From Lachnospiraceae bacterium UBA3732 (GTDB taxonomy: Bacteria > Bacillota > Clostridia > Lachnospirales > Lachnospiraceae), in NCBI GenBank assembly GCA_002372545.1, contig DFHD01000045.1:6169-70168 (forward strand): a DNA stretch of 64,000 nt. Reading direction: 5' to 3'. Positions within the stretch are counted from its first letter, which is position 1; each line of letters opens with the position of its first letter. Made by a program: the position numbers and the translations under genes. The notes under the pieces are model-generated. The model was not told the origin of the DNA, ran no database searches, and saw only the letters and a program-made list of their open reading frames with translations. Positions 49,891-60,509 of this stretch are shown in pieces.

Positions 49891-51621
49891 ATGAAAAAGA
49901 AAACCATTCATCAGATCATGACCATCCTGAAGCCGCATAAGGTCCGCATCATCCTTTCGTTTCTCCTTGCCTTTGTGACGGTGATCCTTCAGCTGCTTAT
50001 CCCGATCCTTATCGGAAGGGGCGTGGATATCCTGGGGAAAGACGGATTTAAAATGGCAGAGCTGGACCGTTTGGTCCTTGTGATGGCAGCTGTGATCTTT
50101 CTTGCGGCCCTTACCCAGTGGATCATGGGCCGGATCAATAATCACATTACGATCTCTGCCTCCAGAGAAACCAGAAAGAAGCTGTTCGGCAAGCTGGGCA
50201 ATCTTTCCATCCGTGATATTGACAGGATGCCGGGAGGAGATTTTGTCTCGCGCATCATTACCGATGTGGATACTCTTTCAGACGGACTTCTGATGGGCTT
50301 CACCCAGCTTTTTTCCGGTATCATCACCATTCTGTTCACACTGTTTTTCATGTTTTCCGTGGATGTGAAGATCAGCCTCGTTGTGGTGCTCCTTACGCCG
50401 ATGTCTATTCTGGTGGCCGGGTTTATCTCACGGAATATCTTTGATTATTTTCATAAGCAGTCGGTCCTCAGGGGCAGTATGACTGATCTTATTGACGAGA
50501 CCATCGGAAATGAAAAGCTTGTGCAGACATTTTCCCTTGAAAACCGGCGTACGGAGGCCTTTTCCGAAAGTAACCGCCTTCTGACGGAGGCCAGTTTAAA
50601 GGCAACCTTTATGTCTTCCCTGGTCAATCCCTCCACCCGGTTCATCAACAACATGATCTATGCGCTGGTCGCACTGATCGGAGCCATCACGGTAATGAAG
50701 ACAGGCCGCCTCACGGTTGGTGAGCTGACCATTTTTCTGGGCTATGCCATGCAGTACGGAAAGCCCTTTAATGAAATCTCCGGCGTCATGACTGAACTCG
50801 AGAACGCCGCTGCCTCCTGTGACCGGGTGTTCCAGCTTCTGGAGCAGAAGGACGAAGAGGAGACGGGCGAAGAGCTTCTGAGCGATCCCAGGGGTGAAGT
50901 GGAATTTAAAAATGTTTACTTTTCCTATACGCCTGAGCAGCATCTGATCGAGGATTTTTCATTGAAGGTAAAACCGGGCATGCGGGTGGCTATAGTCGGG
51001 CCTACGGGCTGCGGAAAAAGTACGCTGATCAATCTTCTGATGCGGTTTTACGATGTGGACCGGGGAAGCATACTGGTGGATGGCCGGGATATCCGCGAGG
51101 TGACAAGGGATTCCCTGCGCCGCTCCTACGGTATGGTCCTGCAGGAAACCTGGCTGAAATGCGGGACGGTGCGGGAGAATATCTGCTACGGCGGAGAGGC
51201 CGCGGATGAGGAGGTTATTGCGGCGGCGAGGTTTACCCATGCGGATTCCTTTATCCGCCGGCTGCCCAAAGGGTATGATACAGTGATCACAGAGGGAGGA
51301 GGAGAGCTTTCGCAGGGGCAAAGACAGCTTCTTTGTATTACCAGAGTTTTGATGACCCATCCGGCTATGCTCATTCTGGATGAGGCGACATCCTCCATTG
51401 ATACGCGCACGGAGCACAGAGTGCAGCGGGCGTTTGCCAAAATGATGCAGGGCCGCACCAGCTTTGTTGTCGCCCACCGCCTTTCGACCATCCGGGAAGC
51501 GGATCTGATCCTCGTGATGAAGGATGGTAACATTATCGAACAGGGAACGCATAAGGAGCTTCTGGCCCGCGGCGGCTTCTACAGTCAGCTGTACCGCAGC
51601 CAGTTTGAAGCGGCAGGCTGA
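49891..51621 (+). CDS. Heterodimeric ABC exporter subunit B (consensus site)
   Basis: GPTGCGKS, LSQGQRQ, DEATSSID, AHRLST; RBS aaggagg. Confidence 0.93.
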   Translation: MKKKTIHQIMTILKPHKVRIILSFLLAFVTVILQLLIPILIGRGVDILGKDGFKMAELDRLVLVMAAVIFLAALTQWIMGRINNHITISASRETRKKLFGKLGNLSIRDIDRMPGGDFVSRIITDVDTLSDGLLMGFTQLFSGIITILFTLFFMFSVDVKISLVVVLLTPMSILVAGFISRNIFDYFHKQSVLRGSMTDLIDETIGNEKLVQTFSLENRRTEAFSESNRLLTEASLKATFMSSLVNPSTRFINNMIYALVALIGAITVMKTGRLTVGELTIFLGYAMQYGKPFNEISGVMTELENAAASCDRVFQLLEQKDEEETGEELLSDPRGEVEFKNVYFSYTPEQHLIEDFSLKVKPGMRVAIVGPTGCGKSTLINLLMRFYDVDRGSILVDGRDIREVTRDSLRRSYGMVLQETWLKCGTVRENICYGGEAADEEVIAAARFTHADSFIRRLPKGYDTVITEGGGELSQGQRQLLCITRVLMTHPAMLILDEATSSIDTRTEHRVQRAFAKMMQGRTSFVVAHRLSTIREADLILVMKDGNIIEQGTHKELLARGGFYSQLYRSQFEAAG

Positions 51622-51649
51622 AAATGGATATTGCAGAGGGGATAGGAAT

Positions 51650-52597
51650 ATGAACGGCTCGAAAATGGATTATTATCTGGACAATATCTTCATGTACGGA
51701 AAGCAGGCGAAGGATATTTCCCTGGAATACAGGTCTGCAGTGGGTGAATTTGAAGATATTACCCACAGGGATGAGCCCTTGCGGATCATGAATGAGATCC
51801 GGGGGAGCTGCCGGAATTTTTTTCCGGCAAATCAGGATGAATATCTGCGGAAGGAACTGCAAAGGGAATCCAAACGGTCCAAGTTCCCCCTGGGACTGTT
51901 TTTTCTGATCATCCTCGGCGCTTATCTGCTCCTTCACCTGGTGGCTTATATCAAAAAGGGCTATATCGTGAATGGGGCAGGGAATGAGCTGGCCATGCTT
52001 TTCGGCTCGTTCCTGGTTGCCGGTCTCCCTGCAGGGATCATACTCCTCATCAGAGGCGGTATGGTCCGGGACAATCCGGATTATCAGTACATGCAGAGGG
52101 CTTTTTCCTCTGATGTATGCATTCTGCCTCAGGGCCTCGCCGTGATTACCCACGCTGCCGATTATCCGAAATATGAAAGGCTGATCAACCCCGCAGGGCA
52201 GTTCATGACGCCGGAGGTTTATCAGTCCTATCAGCAGCTTCTATCCCGGCCTGGTCCGAAGAGTGTCAGTGAAAAGCTTCAGTTTGAGAAGTACTATGAT
52301 CCGGCAAGGAACAGGGAATTTCCCTTTAATCAGTGCTTTATTCTGGACAGGATCAGCTATACCGAAAAGTGTGACGGGTATATGCGGATCGTGGGAAGCT
52401 GCCATATTTATTCCCTGGCACGTAAGCCCTTGGCCCAGTATCTTAACGACACGAACGTCAGGACGATCATATCCCGCTTCCATTTCTATCTGTATGGTTA
52501 TAAGCAGCAGGCGGAGGTGATCGTGCCGCTGATCAAGGATCCTGAATTCGGGGATATGTGTAACCGGCTGCAGGCATCTGCTTCCGGACAGCGGTGA
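51650..52597 (+). CDS. Hypothetical membrane protein (two TMs)
   Basis: ORF with two central hydrophobic helices; start set at ATG 51650. Confidence 0.7.
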   Translation: MNGSKMDYYLDNIFMYGKQAKDISLEYRSAVGEFEDITHRDEPLRIMNEIRGSCRNFFPANQDEYLRKELQRESKRSKFPLGLFFLIILGAYLLLHLVAYIKKGYIVNGAGNELAMLFGSFLVAGLPAGIILLIRGGMVRDNPDYQYMQRAFSSDVCILPQGLAVITHAADYPKYERLINPAGQFMTPEVYQSYQQLLSRPGPKSVSEKLQFEKYYDPARNREFPFNQCFILDRISYTEKCDGYMRIVGSCHIYSLARKPLAQYLNDTNVRTIISRFHFYLYGYKQQAEVIVPLIKDPEFGDMCNRLQASASGQR

Positions 52598-52793
52598 CAC
52601 GGCAGGGATGCGCAGGACCAGGTTGGAATATACTTTTGATCAGGAAAATACGAAGGATAATGGGTATACATGACACATGAAAAAGAATGTGGTATAATGA
52701 ACCGGAACGGCAACTGAAGATCTCTAAGGACTTGCTGAACAGCTGTCCCATAATCAGCGCAGTATGAATACTTTACATAAGGAGAATAGGATA

Positions 52794-54206
52794 ATGGAAC
52801 GGAAAAATGCATGGCTTTCTTATGGTGAGAAGGATGTGGAGGCGCTGGAAGCGCTTTGTGAACGGTATAAGGATTATCTGAACAGGGGAAAGACCGAGCG
52901 GGAGGGTGTTTCCTATATTGTGGAAGCTGCCGAAAAGGCCGGATATGTATCTCTGGAAGAGATGATCGAAAAGGGTGAGCCGCTGAAAACGGGAGACAGG
53001 ATATATGCCGTCTGCATGAAGAAGAGTGTGGCGCTTTTCCAGATCGGACGGGAGCCGCTGGAGAAGGGTATGAATATTCTTGGTGCGCATATCGATTCTC
53101 CCCGTCTGGATGTAAAACAGAATCCGCTCTACGGCGACTCTGACCTCGCTTATCTGGATACCCATTACTACGGCGGAATAAAGAAGTATCAGTGGGTAAC
53201 CGTACCGCTGGCGCTTCACGGCGTCGTGGCGAAAACCGACGGCAGTGTGATCCCGGTAGTCATCGGCGAAGAGGAGGATGATCCGGTATTCTGCGTGACG
53301 GATATTCTGATCCATCTGGCACAGGATCAGATGGAAAAGAAGGCAGCGAAGGCTGTGGAAGGGGAAAACCTGGATCTTCTTTTCGGCTCCCGTCCTCTTA
53401 AGATCGAGGGAAAGAATGACGATCAGAAGAAGGATGGTCAGAAAAAAGATGGAGTGACCGAAAATATACTGGCCATTCTCAAGGAAAAATACGGAATGGA
53501 AGAGGAGGACTTCATGTCCGCCGAGTTCGAGATCGTTCCTGCCGGCAAGGCCAGGGATGGCGGTCTGGACCGCTCCATGATCATCGCCTACGGACAGGAT
53601 GACAAGGTCTGCGCCTTCCTTTCTCTGGAAGCTATGCTGAAGGTGAGAGATTGTGAGCGTACATCCTGTACACTTCTTGTGGATAAAGAGGAGATCGGTT
53701 CGGTAGGCGCTACGGGCATGCAGTCCAGGTTCTTTGAAAATACGGTAGCGGAGCTGCTGCTTCTGGCCGGATATCAGGGAGATATCTTCCTGAAGCGATG
53801 TCTTTCCCGCTCCTGCATGCTTTCCTCCGACGTCAGTGCAGGCTTCGATCCCTTGTATGCTTCCTGCTTTGATAAGAAGAACGCAGCCTTCCTCGGAAGA
53901 GGGATGGTGTTCAATAAGTTTACCGGCGCCCGGGGAAAATCCGGTTCCAATGACGCCAATGCCGAGTATATCGGCAGGATTCGCGGCGTTCTGGAAAAGG
54001 AGGGCGTACATTACCAGACAGCCGAGCTTGGTAAAGTGGATCAGGGCGGCGGTGGAACCATTGCCTACATTCTGGCACTTTACGGCATGGAGGTCATTGA
54101 CTGCGGCGTGGCCGTGCTTTCCATGCATGCGCCCTATGAGGTAACCTCCAAGGCGGATATCTATGAAACAGAAAAGGGCTATGAAGCCTTTTTGAAAATG
54201 AATTAG
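52794..54206 (+). CDS. M18-family aminopeptidase
   Basis: GKTERE, GAHIDSPRLD, HYYGGIKKYQW, GQDD, DKEEIGS, SSDV, LSMHAP. Confidence 0.93.
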   Translation: MERKNAWLSYGEKDVEALEALCERYKDYLNRGKTEREGVSYIVEAAEKAGYVSLEEMIEKGEPLKTGDRIYAVCMKKSVALFQIGREPLEKGMNILGAHIDSPRLDVKQNPLYGDSDLAYLDTHYYGGIKKYQWVTVPLALHGVVAKTDGSVIPVVIGEEEDDPVFCVTDILIHLAQDQMEKKAAKAVEGENLDLLFGSRPLKIEGKNDDQKKDGQKKDGVTENILAILKEKYGMEEEDFMSAEFEIVPAGKARDGGLDRSMIIAYGQDDKVCAFLSLEAMLKVRDCERTSCTLLVDKEEIGSVGATGMQSRFFENTVAELLLLAGYQGDIFLKRCLSRSCMLSSDVSAGFDPLYASCFDKKNAAFLGRGMVFNKFTGARGKSGSNDANAEYIGRIRGVLEKEGVHYQTAELGKVDQGGGGTIAYILALYGMEVIDCGVAVLSMHAPYEVTSKADIYETEKGYEAFLKMN

Positions 54207-54224
54207 TGTTTTTGATATGAACAG

Positions 54225-57200
54225 GTGATTGACAGCGTGAAACGAGGCAGCTGGAAAAAGTATATCTGGATCATTCTGGCCGGTATTCTCCTTTTGGGAG
54301 GACCCGGCTTTCTTCCCGTGAAAGCGGACGGCTCCATTCCTACGGATTATACCCAGATCTTATATGACCAGAACGACGGTCTCGGCAGCTCTGAGGTGAA
54401 CTGTGTTTTCCAGAGTAACAGCGGCTATATCTGGGTCGGTACCGACGGCGGTCTCTATCGCTATAATGGTTCTGAATTTCGGATCTTTAATCTCTGGGAT
54501 ACAGAGAGCGCGGACGTGTATTATATTAATGCTCTGTATCAGGATTCTGCCGGAAGGCTCTGGGTAGCCACGGCAAATTACGGCCTGTTCTATATTCAGG
54601 GCAGTGTTGTTACCCATATGACGGACGAGTATTACAGCGGGCTGAAATGCGTTTACGATGTTTGTGAAAGCGAAGGCGGAGAGATTTATTTTGCCACAGC
54701 CTATGGCGTATACACCTTTAACGAGGAATACGGTTCCATGGAACGGCTGGAGGAGCTGGCCCGTTATAATGTGCGGGGACTTGCGACGGCCAATGGCGAG
54801 GTATGGGGCATCTTCGACGGCAATACCATTTTCCGCATCAATAAAGAAGGCAGGATTATGGTAAGAGAGGCGTCCCTCTATACCTCGGAAGAACTTTCAG
54901 CCATTGCCTGCGGACCGGATGGAACGGTTTATATCGGTACCATCTCCAGCGAAGTGGTCGCAATGAAGGATTTTGGCAGGGCGGAGAAGCTTCGTTCCGG
55001 GCAGAACGGTATCAACTATATCTTCCCATACGGTCAGCGGATATATGTCTGTACCGATGCCGGTGTGGGCTACTTTGATGAAAACAGAGATTTCCATGCC
55101 ATCCGGGATCTGGAAATGGACAGCTATATCTCTTCCATGATCGTGGATTATGAAGGAAATTACTGGTTTTCCTCCGAAAGAAGCGGGCTGCTCTTTCTGG
55201 GCAGAAGCAAATTCATGGATTATTCGACCCGCTATGGCATCCCGTCCAGCGCAGTGAACTGTATGGTCAGGATCGGGGAAAATGTGTATATCGGAACGGA
55301 CGACGGACTGGTGATCCAGGGACCGGACCATGCGCCGATTCAGAATGCGCTGACGGAATATGTGGCCGGCACAAGTATACGGGATATCCTGCAGGATGCT
55401 TCCGGAAATATCTGGGTCAGCACCTACAGAAAGTATGGTGTATTGAAGTGCACCCCGGCCGGAGAGATCACTGCCTATGGCAGAAACAGGAACCTGATCA
55501 CCAATCTCGTAAACTGTACGACGCTGCTTTCCGACGGGACAATCGCTGTTGGTACCGAGGAAGGCATCAGCTTTATTTCTCCCGACGGAAATGTGAGCCG
55601 GAATATTCTGGCCGAGGACGGGCTGGAGAATCCCAATATCCTGGCAATCTGTCAGACAAAGGATGGAACGATATATGCCGGAAGCGACGGCGGCGGTCTG
55701 TATTCGATCCGCGGAGACGAGCTGACGAATTACAGAACAGAGGACGGCCTTACATCGGATGTGATCACCTGCTTTGCAGAGGGGGAAAGCGGTCTCTGGA
55801 TCGGCACCGCCAGTGGTCTTACCTACATGGGGGAGACGCTCCGGTCTGTTTCCAATATTGATTATTCCAACAATATTTATAACCTTATGTATAGGGGTGG
55901 AAGGCTGTATATTACCGGCTCAAAGGGAATCCTGTCGGCGGATGAGACCGATCTGCTGAAGGCCGGCGGCCTATCCGAGCGTTATTATTCCGCAGGTGAC
56001 GGTTTATCCAAAAAGCTTACCCAGTTCTCCCGGAACATGATGGATGAGGACGGGAGCATATATCTTTGCTGTGATACCGGTATCCTGCAGTTCAGAACGG
56101 TTGACCATTATGTGAATTCCACAGCGCCGAAGCTTACGGTGTCCGAGGTCAATGTGGATGGAGAGACCTATTCCTTTGATCAGATCGGCGGCGGCCTGAC
56201 GGTTCCCGCGAATACCCAGAGAATATCCATCAGCTTTTCGGTCCTCAGCTATACGAACCGGGAAAATATAGAGGTGAAGTACAAGCTGAACGGCTTCGAT
56301 ACCGGAACGGAGATCCTTTCCGGAAGCGATAAGCTTCAGGCGGTTTATACGAACCTGGATGGCGGAAGCTATACCCTGACCGTAACGGCAGTCAACGGCG
56401 ACGGCGTAGCCAGTGAGAATGAGATTTCCTTCCGCATCGATAAGAAGGAGGGCTTTTTCGAAAGACCCAATGTCCGGATCGCCTTTGTGGCGGCCGGTGT
56501 ACTTTTGCTCCTGCTGATCGTCTTGCTTTTCCACCGGATCAGAAGACAGTTCCGGGATAAAAATCTGGAGCTGGAAAAGCTGTCCCAGGAACATGAGGAT
56601 ATCGTAAAATCCAATACGGCCAAGAACGATTATCTTGCAAGGATCAGTAACGAGATCAAGATCCCCATGAACGCCATCATCAGTATCGCGGATAAGATGA
56701 TCAAGATGTCTTCCACGGATGATGAGGAAAAGAAGAGTCTCAGGACAATCCTGGATACAGGAAATGATGTGATCAGCAAGGTGGATGAGACTATCCAGCT
56801 GGTAAGACTCGAATCGGGTGCGGTAACGGTAGCCAGCGAGCCCTATTCCATGACTACGCTGCTCTGCGATATTTCCGACAGGATGGTGAATGTGCTGGCC
56901 GATCAGCCGGTAAAATTTCTGGTGGATGTGGGAAATCATATGCCTGACATCCTGATCGGTGATTATGAAAAAATGAAAAACGTGCTGGATATCCTGCTGG
57001 ATAATGCGGTGCGTTTTACCAAGGAGGGCTCCATTACCCTCAGTGTGGAGGCCTTTGAGGCAGGCGAGAGAGAGAAGGCTGCAAGGCTGGTCATGTCTGT
57101 GGCGGATACGGGAACCGGTATTCTGGCAGACCAGCTGGAACACATTTTTGAGATCTCCAATATGGATGAGGCCCGTTCGGTAACCGGCCAGACCACGCAG

Positions 57201-58505
57201 GGAATCAGTCTTTCCATTGCCAAGAAGCTCGCGGATATTCTCGGCGGCGAGCTCGAGGCGGAAAGTACCTACGGGGCAGGAAGCATATTTACCTTCCATG
57301 TTACCCAGGCCCTTCCCAAGGCGGATGCGCCGGCCATTCCGGTATCCGAACGGCTGATGGAGAGAGTATCCAGCGAGGAAGCGGAAAAGATGATCGTTCC
57401 CGATGGTACGGTTCTTTTCGTTGATGACGCCGAGCTGAACAGAACAGTTGCCCTCGAAACACTGGGCAGGATGGAACTTCGGGCAGATGCGGCCTCCAGC
57501 GGCCTTTCTGCGATCGATATGGTCATGAATCACAGCTACGATATGGTCTTTATGGATGTGGCCATGCCGGTCATGAACGGCGTGGATACGCTGCATGAGA
57601 TCAGAGAACTGGCAGACCCCGTTTACCATGCCATTCCGGTCATTGCCATGACGGAGGACGTTATCGGCAAGGACCAGGAGGAGCTTCTGGCCGAGGGCTT
57701 CAGCGATGTGATCGTCAAGCCTCTTGAGCTTGGCACGCTGGCGGCTTTGATCCGGAAGTATATCGATCCGGAACGGATCAAGTACAAGAATCATAATGTC
57801 GAGCAGTATCTTGAGGACTCCCGGTACAGCTCCGGCCTTCTGAAGCTGGAACAGGTGCTGGATGTGTCCGGCGTTCTGGACAGGATAGGCGGAAACATCG
57901 ATGTTTATCATCGTATGCTGCTTACCTTTTATAACCAGAACCAGGATGTGGATATGGAGCTGGGGAAAAAGCTGAGCAATAATTACCGGAGCTTCCGGAG
58001 CAGGATACGGTCCATCCGTGCAGGCTGTCTTACGATCGGTGCATCCGAAACAGCGGAGATCGCCCTTAGGATCGAGAATGCCATCAATCTGGGAAACAGG
58101 GGTTATGTCCGTGACCATGTCCGTGAGGTTACCCAGTCTCTGGAACGGCTGATGGACAGCATCCAGGAGTATCTCGATTTTGTGAAGAGCGAAAAGGGCC
58201 GTGTGGACGAGGAGCCTGCCGGTCAGCAGGAAGAGAAAAAGACGGAGAAAACCGAAAAGACCGATATTCTTATGCAGTCTGCGCCGGTTGAAGGAATTGA
58301 TATCCGGATGCTCCGGAGCATGCAGGCCTCTCTTGAGGTAGGCGATATGCAGGAGGTTAAACGGATTTACGAGACGATACGGTCGGCGGATTACACAGGC
58401 GAGGATGCGGAATTTATGGAGGTACTGGGCGAACAGATCACCGGTCAGAATGCCGATCAGATCCAGGATCTTCTGGCAACCTATATCAGTCTCCGGAGTT
58501 TGTAG
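54225..58505 (+). CDS. Hybrid sensor histidine-kinase-like protein (beta-propeller + Y_Y_Y + HisKA/HATPase + REC + Hpt-like), phospho-His residues absent
   Basis: GYIWVGTDGGLYRYNG propeller repeats, YTNLDGGSYTL (Y_Y_Y), TM, LDNAVRFT..G, DTGTGI, DD/FMDVAMP/KP receiver; H-box reads SNEIKIP. Confidence 0.9.
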   Translation: MIDSVKRGSWKKYIWIILAGILLLGGPGFLPVKADGSIPTDYTQILYDQNDGLGSSEVNCVFQSNSGYIWVGTDGGLYRYNGSEFRIFNLWDTESADVYYINALYQDSAGRLWVATANYGLFYIQGSVVTHMTDEYYSGLKCVYDVCESEGGEIYFATAYGVYTFNEEYGSMERLEELARYNVRGLATANGEVWGIFDGNTIFRINKEGRIMVREASLYTSEELSAIACGPDGTVYIGTISSEVVAMKDFGRAEKLRSGQNGINYIFPYGQRIYVCTDAGVGYFDENRDFHAIRDLEMDSYISSMIVDYEGNYWFSSERSGLLFLGRSKFMDYSTRYGIPSSAVNCMVRIGENVYIGTDDGLVIQGPDHAPIQNALTEYVAGTSIRDILQDASGNIWVSTYRKYGVLKCTPAGEITAYGRNRNLITNLVNCTTLLSDGTIAVGTEEGISFISPDGNVSRNILAEDGLENPNILAICQTKDGTIYAGSDGGGLYSIRGDELTNYRTEDGLTSDVITCFAEGESGLWIGTASGLTYMGETLRSVSNIDYSNNIYNLMYRGGRLYITGSKGILSADETDLLKAGGLSERYYSAGDGLSKKLTQFSRNMMDEDGSIYLCCDTGILQFRTVDHYVNSTAPKLTVSEVNVDGETYSFDQIGGGLTVPANTQRISISFSVLSYTNRENIEVKYKLNGFDTGTEILSGSDKLQAVYTNLDGGSYTLTVTAVNGDGVASENEISFRIDKKEGFFERPNVRIAFVAAGVLLLLLIVLLFHRIRRQFRDKNLELEKLSQEHEDIVKSNTAKNDYLARISNEIKIPMNAIISIADKMIKMSSTDDEEKKSLRTILDTGNDVISKVDETIQLVRLESGAVTVASEPYSMTTLLCDISDRMVNVLADQPVKFLVDVGNHMPDILIGDYEKMKNVLDILLDNAVRFTKEGSITLSVEAFEAGEREKAARLVMSVADTGTGILADQLEHIFEISNMDEARSVTGQTTQGISLSIAKKLADILGGELEAESTYGAGSIFTFHVTQALPKADAPAIPVSERLMERVSSEEAEKMIVPDGTVLFVDDAELNRTVALETLGRMELRADAASSGLSAIDMVMNHSYDMVFMDVAMPVMNGVDTLHEIRELADPVYHAIPVIAMTEDVIGKDQEELLAEGFSDVIVKPLELGTLAALIRKYIDPERIKYKNHNVEQYLEDSRYSSGLLKLEQVLDVSGVLDRIGGNIDVYHRMLLTFYNQNQDVDMELGKKLSNNYRSFRSRIRSIRAGCLTIGASETAEIALRIENAINLGNRGYVRDHVREVTQSLERLMDSIQEYLDFVKSEKGRVDEEPAGQQEEKKTEKTEKTDILMQSAPVEGIDIRMLRSMQASLEVGDMQEVKRIYETIRSADYTGEDAEFMEVLGEQITGQNADQIQDLLATYISLRSL

Positions 58506-58584
58506 CAGGGATGCACTTTATGTTAACCGGAAAAATCAGTCTCCGGAGTCTTTAGCGAGGAGGTGCTTTATGTTAACCGGGAAA
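58485..58584. repeat. 50-bp tandem duplication spanning the kinase stop and coaBC start
   Basis: atcagtctccggagt...ctttatgttaaccgg at 58485 and 58535. Confidence 0.88.
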
Positions 58585-59769
58585 AAGATCATACTTGGGG
58601 TGAGCGGCGGAATCGCCGCCTATAAAATGACAGATGTTGCCAGCAGCCTGTTTAAGCTGGGAGCGGATTGTCATGTAGTAATGACAAAGCATGCGGAAAA
58701 ATTTATCACACCGGAGCCCTTCCGGATTCTGACAAAGAATCCGGTATATACCGATGTGTTTGATGATTTTCATGAGGAAGGGTATGATGTGCCCCATATC
58801 AGTCTGGGACGGACGGCCGATCTGATCCTTATTGCACCGGCTACGGCCAATGTGATCGGAAAGCTTGCGCACGGGATTGCGGATGATATGCTGACAACCG
58901 TGGTTCTTCCGGCCAGGTGTCCCATTCTGATCGCGCCGGCCATGAATACCTATATGCTGGAAAATCCTGTGGTACAGGAAAATCTCGAGATACTCCGCCG
59001 GAGAGGATATCATATCATTGAACCGGCTTCCGGTATGCTGGCCTGCGGTGACGAAGGAAAGGGCAAGCTGCCCGATCCGGAGGTGCTGGTGGAGGAGGTT
59101 CTTTATGCCTGCGAAAAAGAGAAGGACCTTGCCGGAAAGCGGTTCCTTGTTTCTGCAGGACCTACCCAGGAGGCGATGGATCCGGTCAGATATATCACGA
59201 ACCACTCATCGGGCAAGATGGGCTTCTCCGTGGCCAGAATGGCGGCCAGAAGAGGAGCAGAGGTTGTTCTTGTGGCAGGGCCGGTCCAGCTGAAGACTCC
59301 CGTCGGCGTAAAGCGGATCGATGTTGTATCGGCGGCGGATATGGCTGAGGCTGTTCTCCGGGAATGGAAGACGGCTGACTGTGTGGTCATGTCGGCGGCA
59401 GTTGCGGATTATACACCGCTCGAGGCTGCGGATCAGAAGATCAAAAAGAAGGAGGGAGATCTCTCTATTCCCTTAAAGCGTACGACGGATATCCTTGCCT
59501 CCCTCGGAAAAGAAAAACGCGAGGGTCAGGTGATCTGCGGCTTTTCCATGGAAACGGAGAATCTGATCAGCAATTCATTGGCCAAACTGGAAAAGAAGAA
59601 CGCCGATATGATCTGTGCCAACAGTCTCCGGACAGAGGGCGCCGGTTATCAGGTGGATACCAATATTGTAACGATCCTTACCAGAGAAGGGAATACGGAG
59701 CTGCCCCTCCTTTCGAAGGATGAAACGGCAGACCGCATACTGGATGTGATCAAAGAGAAACTTCGTTGA
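58570..59769 (+). CDS. coaBC: Bifunctional phosphopantothenoylcysteine decarboxylase/ligase
   Basis: GVSGGIAAYK, APATAN, APAMN, LACGDEGKG, DPVRYITNHSSGKMG, AAVADY, GFSMET; RBS aggagg before ATG 58570. Confidence 0.96.
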   Translation: MLTGKKIILGVSGGIAAYKMTDVASSLFKLGADCHVVMTKHAEKFITPEPFRILTKNPVYTDVFDDFHEEGYDVPHISLGRTADLILIAPATANVIGKLAHGIADDMLTTVVLPARCPILIAPAMNTYMLENPVVQENLEILRRRGYHIIEPASGMLACGDEGKGKLPDPEVLVEEVLYACEKEKDLAGKRFLVSAGPTQEAMDPVRYITNHSSGKMGFSVARMAARRGAEVVLVAGPVQLKTPVGVKRIDVVSAADMAEAVLREWKTADCVVMSAAVADYTPLEAADQKIKKKEGDLSIPLKRTTDILASLGKEKREGQVICGFSMETENLISNSLAKLEKKNADMICANSLRTEGAGYQVDTNIVTILTREGNTELPLLSKDETADRILDVIKEKLR

Positions 59770-59794
59770 AAAATACATCCTGTTTTGCTATAAT
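59766..59794 (+). promoter_or_regulatory. Sigma-A promoter for pyrE
   Basis: TTGAAA-17 bp-TG.TATAAT. Confidence 0.75.
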
Positions 59795-59825
59795 GATAAA
59801 GGCTGATCACGAGGAGGAATAGAAA

Positions 59826-60494
59826 ATGGAAAAGTATCAGGAACAGTTCATTGAATTTATGATCGACTGCCAGGTTTTGAAATTCGGTGATTTTGTGACG
59901 AAAAGCGGCAGAAAGACGCCATTTTTTGTCAACACGGGCTTTTATCGTACAGGCGGACAGCTGATGAAGCTTGGTGAATACTATGCGGAAGCTATTGTCA
60001 ATAAATTCGGAACAGACTTCGACGTGCTCTTCGGTCCTGCGTATAAGGGAATTCCCCTTTCGGTAGCTGCAGCGATCGCTCTGAAGGCAAAATATGGTCT
60101 GGAAATCCGTTACAGCTCCAACAGAAAAGAGATCAAGGATCACGGTGATCAGGGTATTCTTCTGGGAAGTCCGATCCGGGACGGCGACAGAGTGGTGATC
60201 ATCGAGGATGTGACTACTGCAGGAACCTCCATTCGTGAGACGCTTCCCATTATCGAAGCGCAGGGAAAGGTGAGCGTGCTTGGACTCGTGGTATCCGTTG
60301 ACCGTCAGGAGAGGGGCGAAAAGAAAAGCGCTCTTGCGGAGATTCAGGAAAACTTCGGACTTGAAACCACATCCATTGTAACGATGTCCGACGTGATCGA
60401 GCATCTTTATAATAAGCCTTACAAGGGCAATGTGGTGATCGGCGATGAGATGAAGAGCAGGATTGATGCATATTATGCGCAGTATGGCGCTTAG
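59826..60494 (+). CDS. pyrE: Orotate phosphoribosyltransferase
   Basis: FGDFVTKSGR, FGPAYKGIP, NRKEIKDHG, VIIEDVTTAGTS. Confidence 0.96.
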   Translation: MEKYQEQFIEFMIDCQVLKFGDFVTKSGRKTPFFVNTGFYRTGGQLMKLGEYYAEAIVNKFGTDFDVLFGPAYKGIPLSVAAAIALKAKYGLEIRYSSNRKEIKDHGDQGILLGSPIRDGDRVVIIEDVTTAGTSIRETLPIIEAQGKVSVLGLVVSVDRQERGEKKSALAEIQENFGLETTSIVTMSDVIEHLYNKPYKGNVVIGDEMKSRIDAYYAQYGA

Positions 60495-60509
60495 GAAAGG
60501 AAGAACATT

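Noticed and set aside
48174-51621. Degenerate Walker B / H-loop in the first ABC subunit
   Set aside because: This is the expected asymmetry of heterodimeric TM287/288-type exporters.
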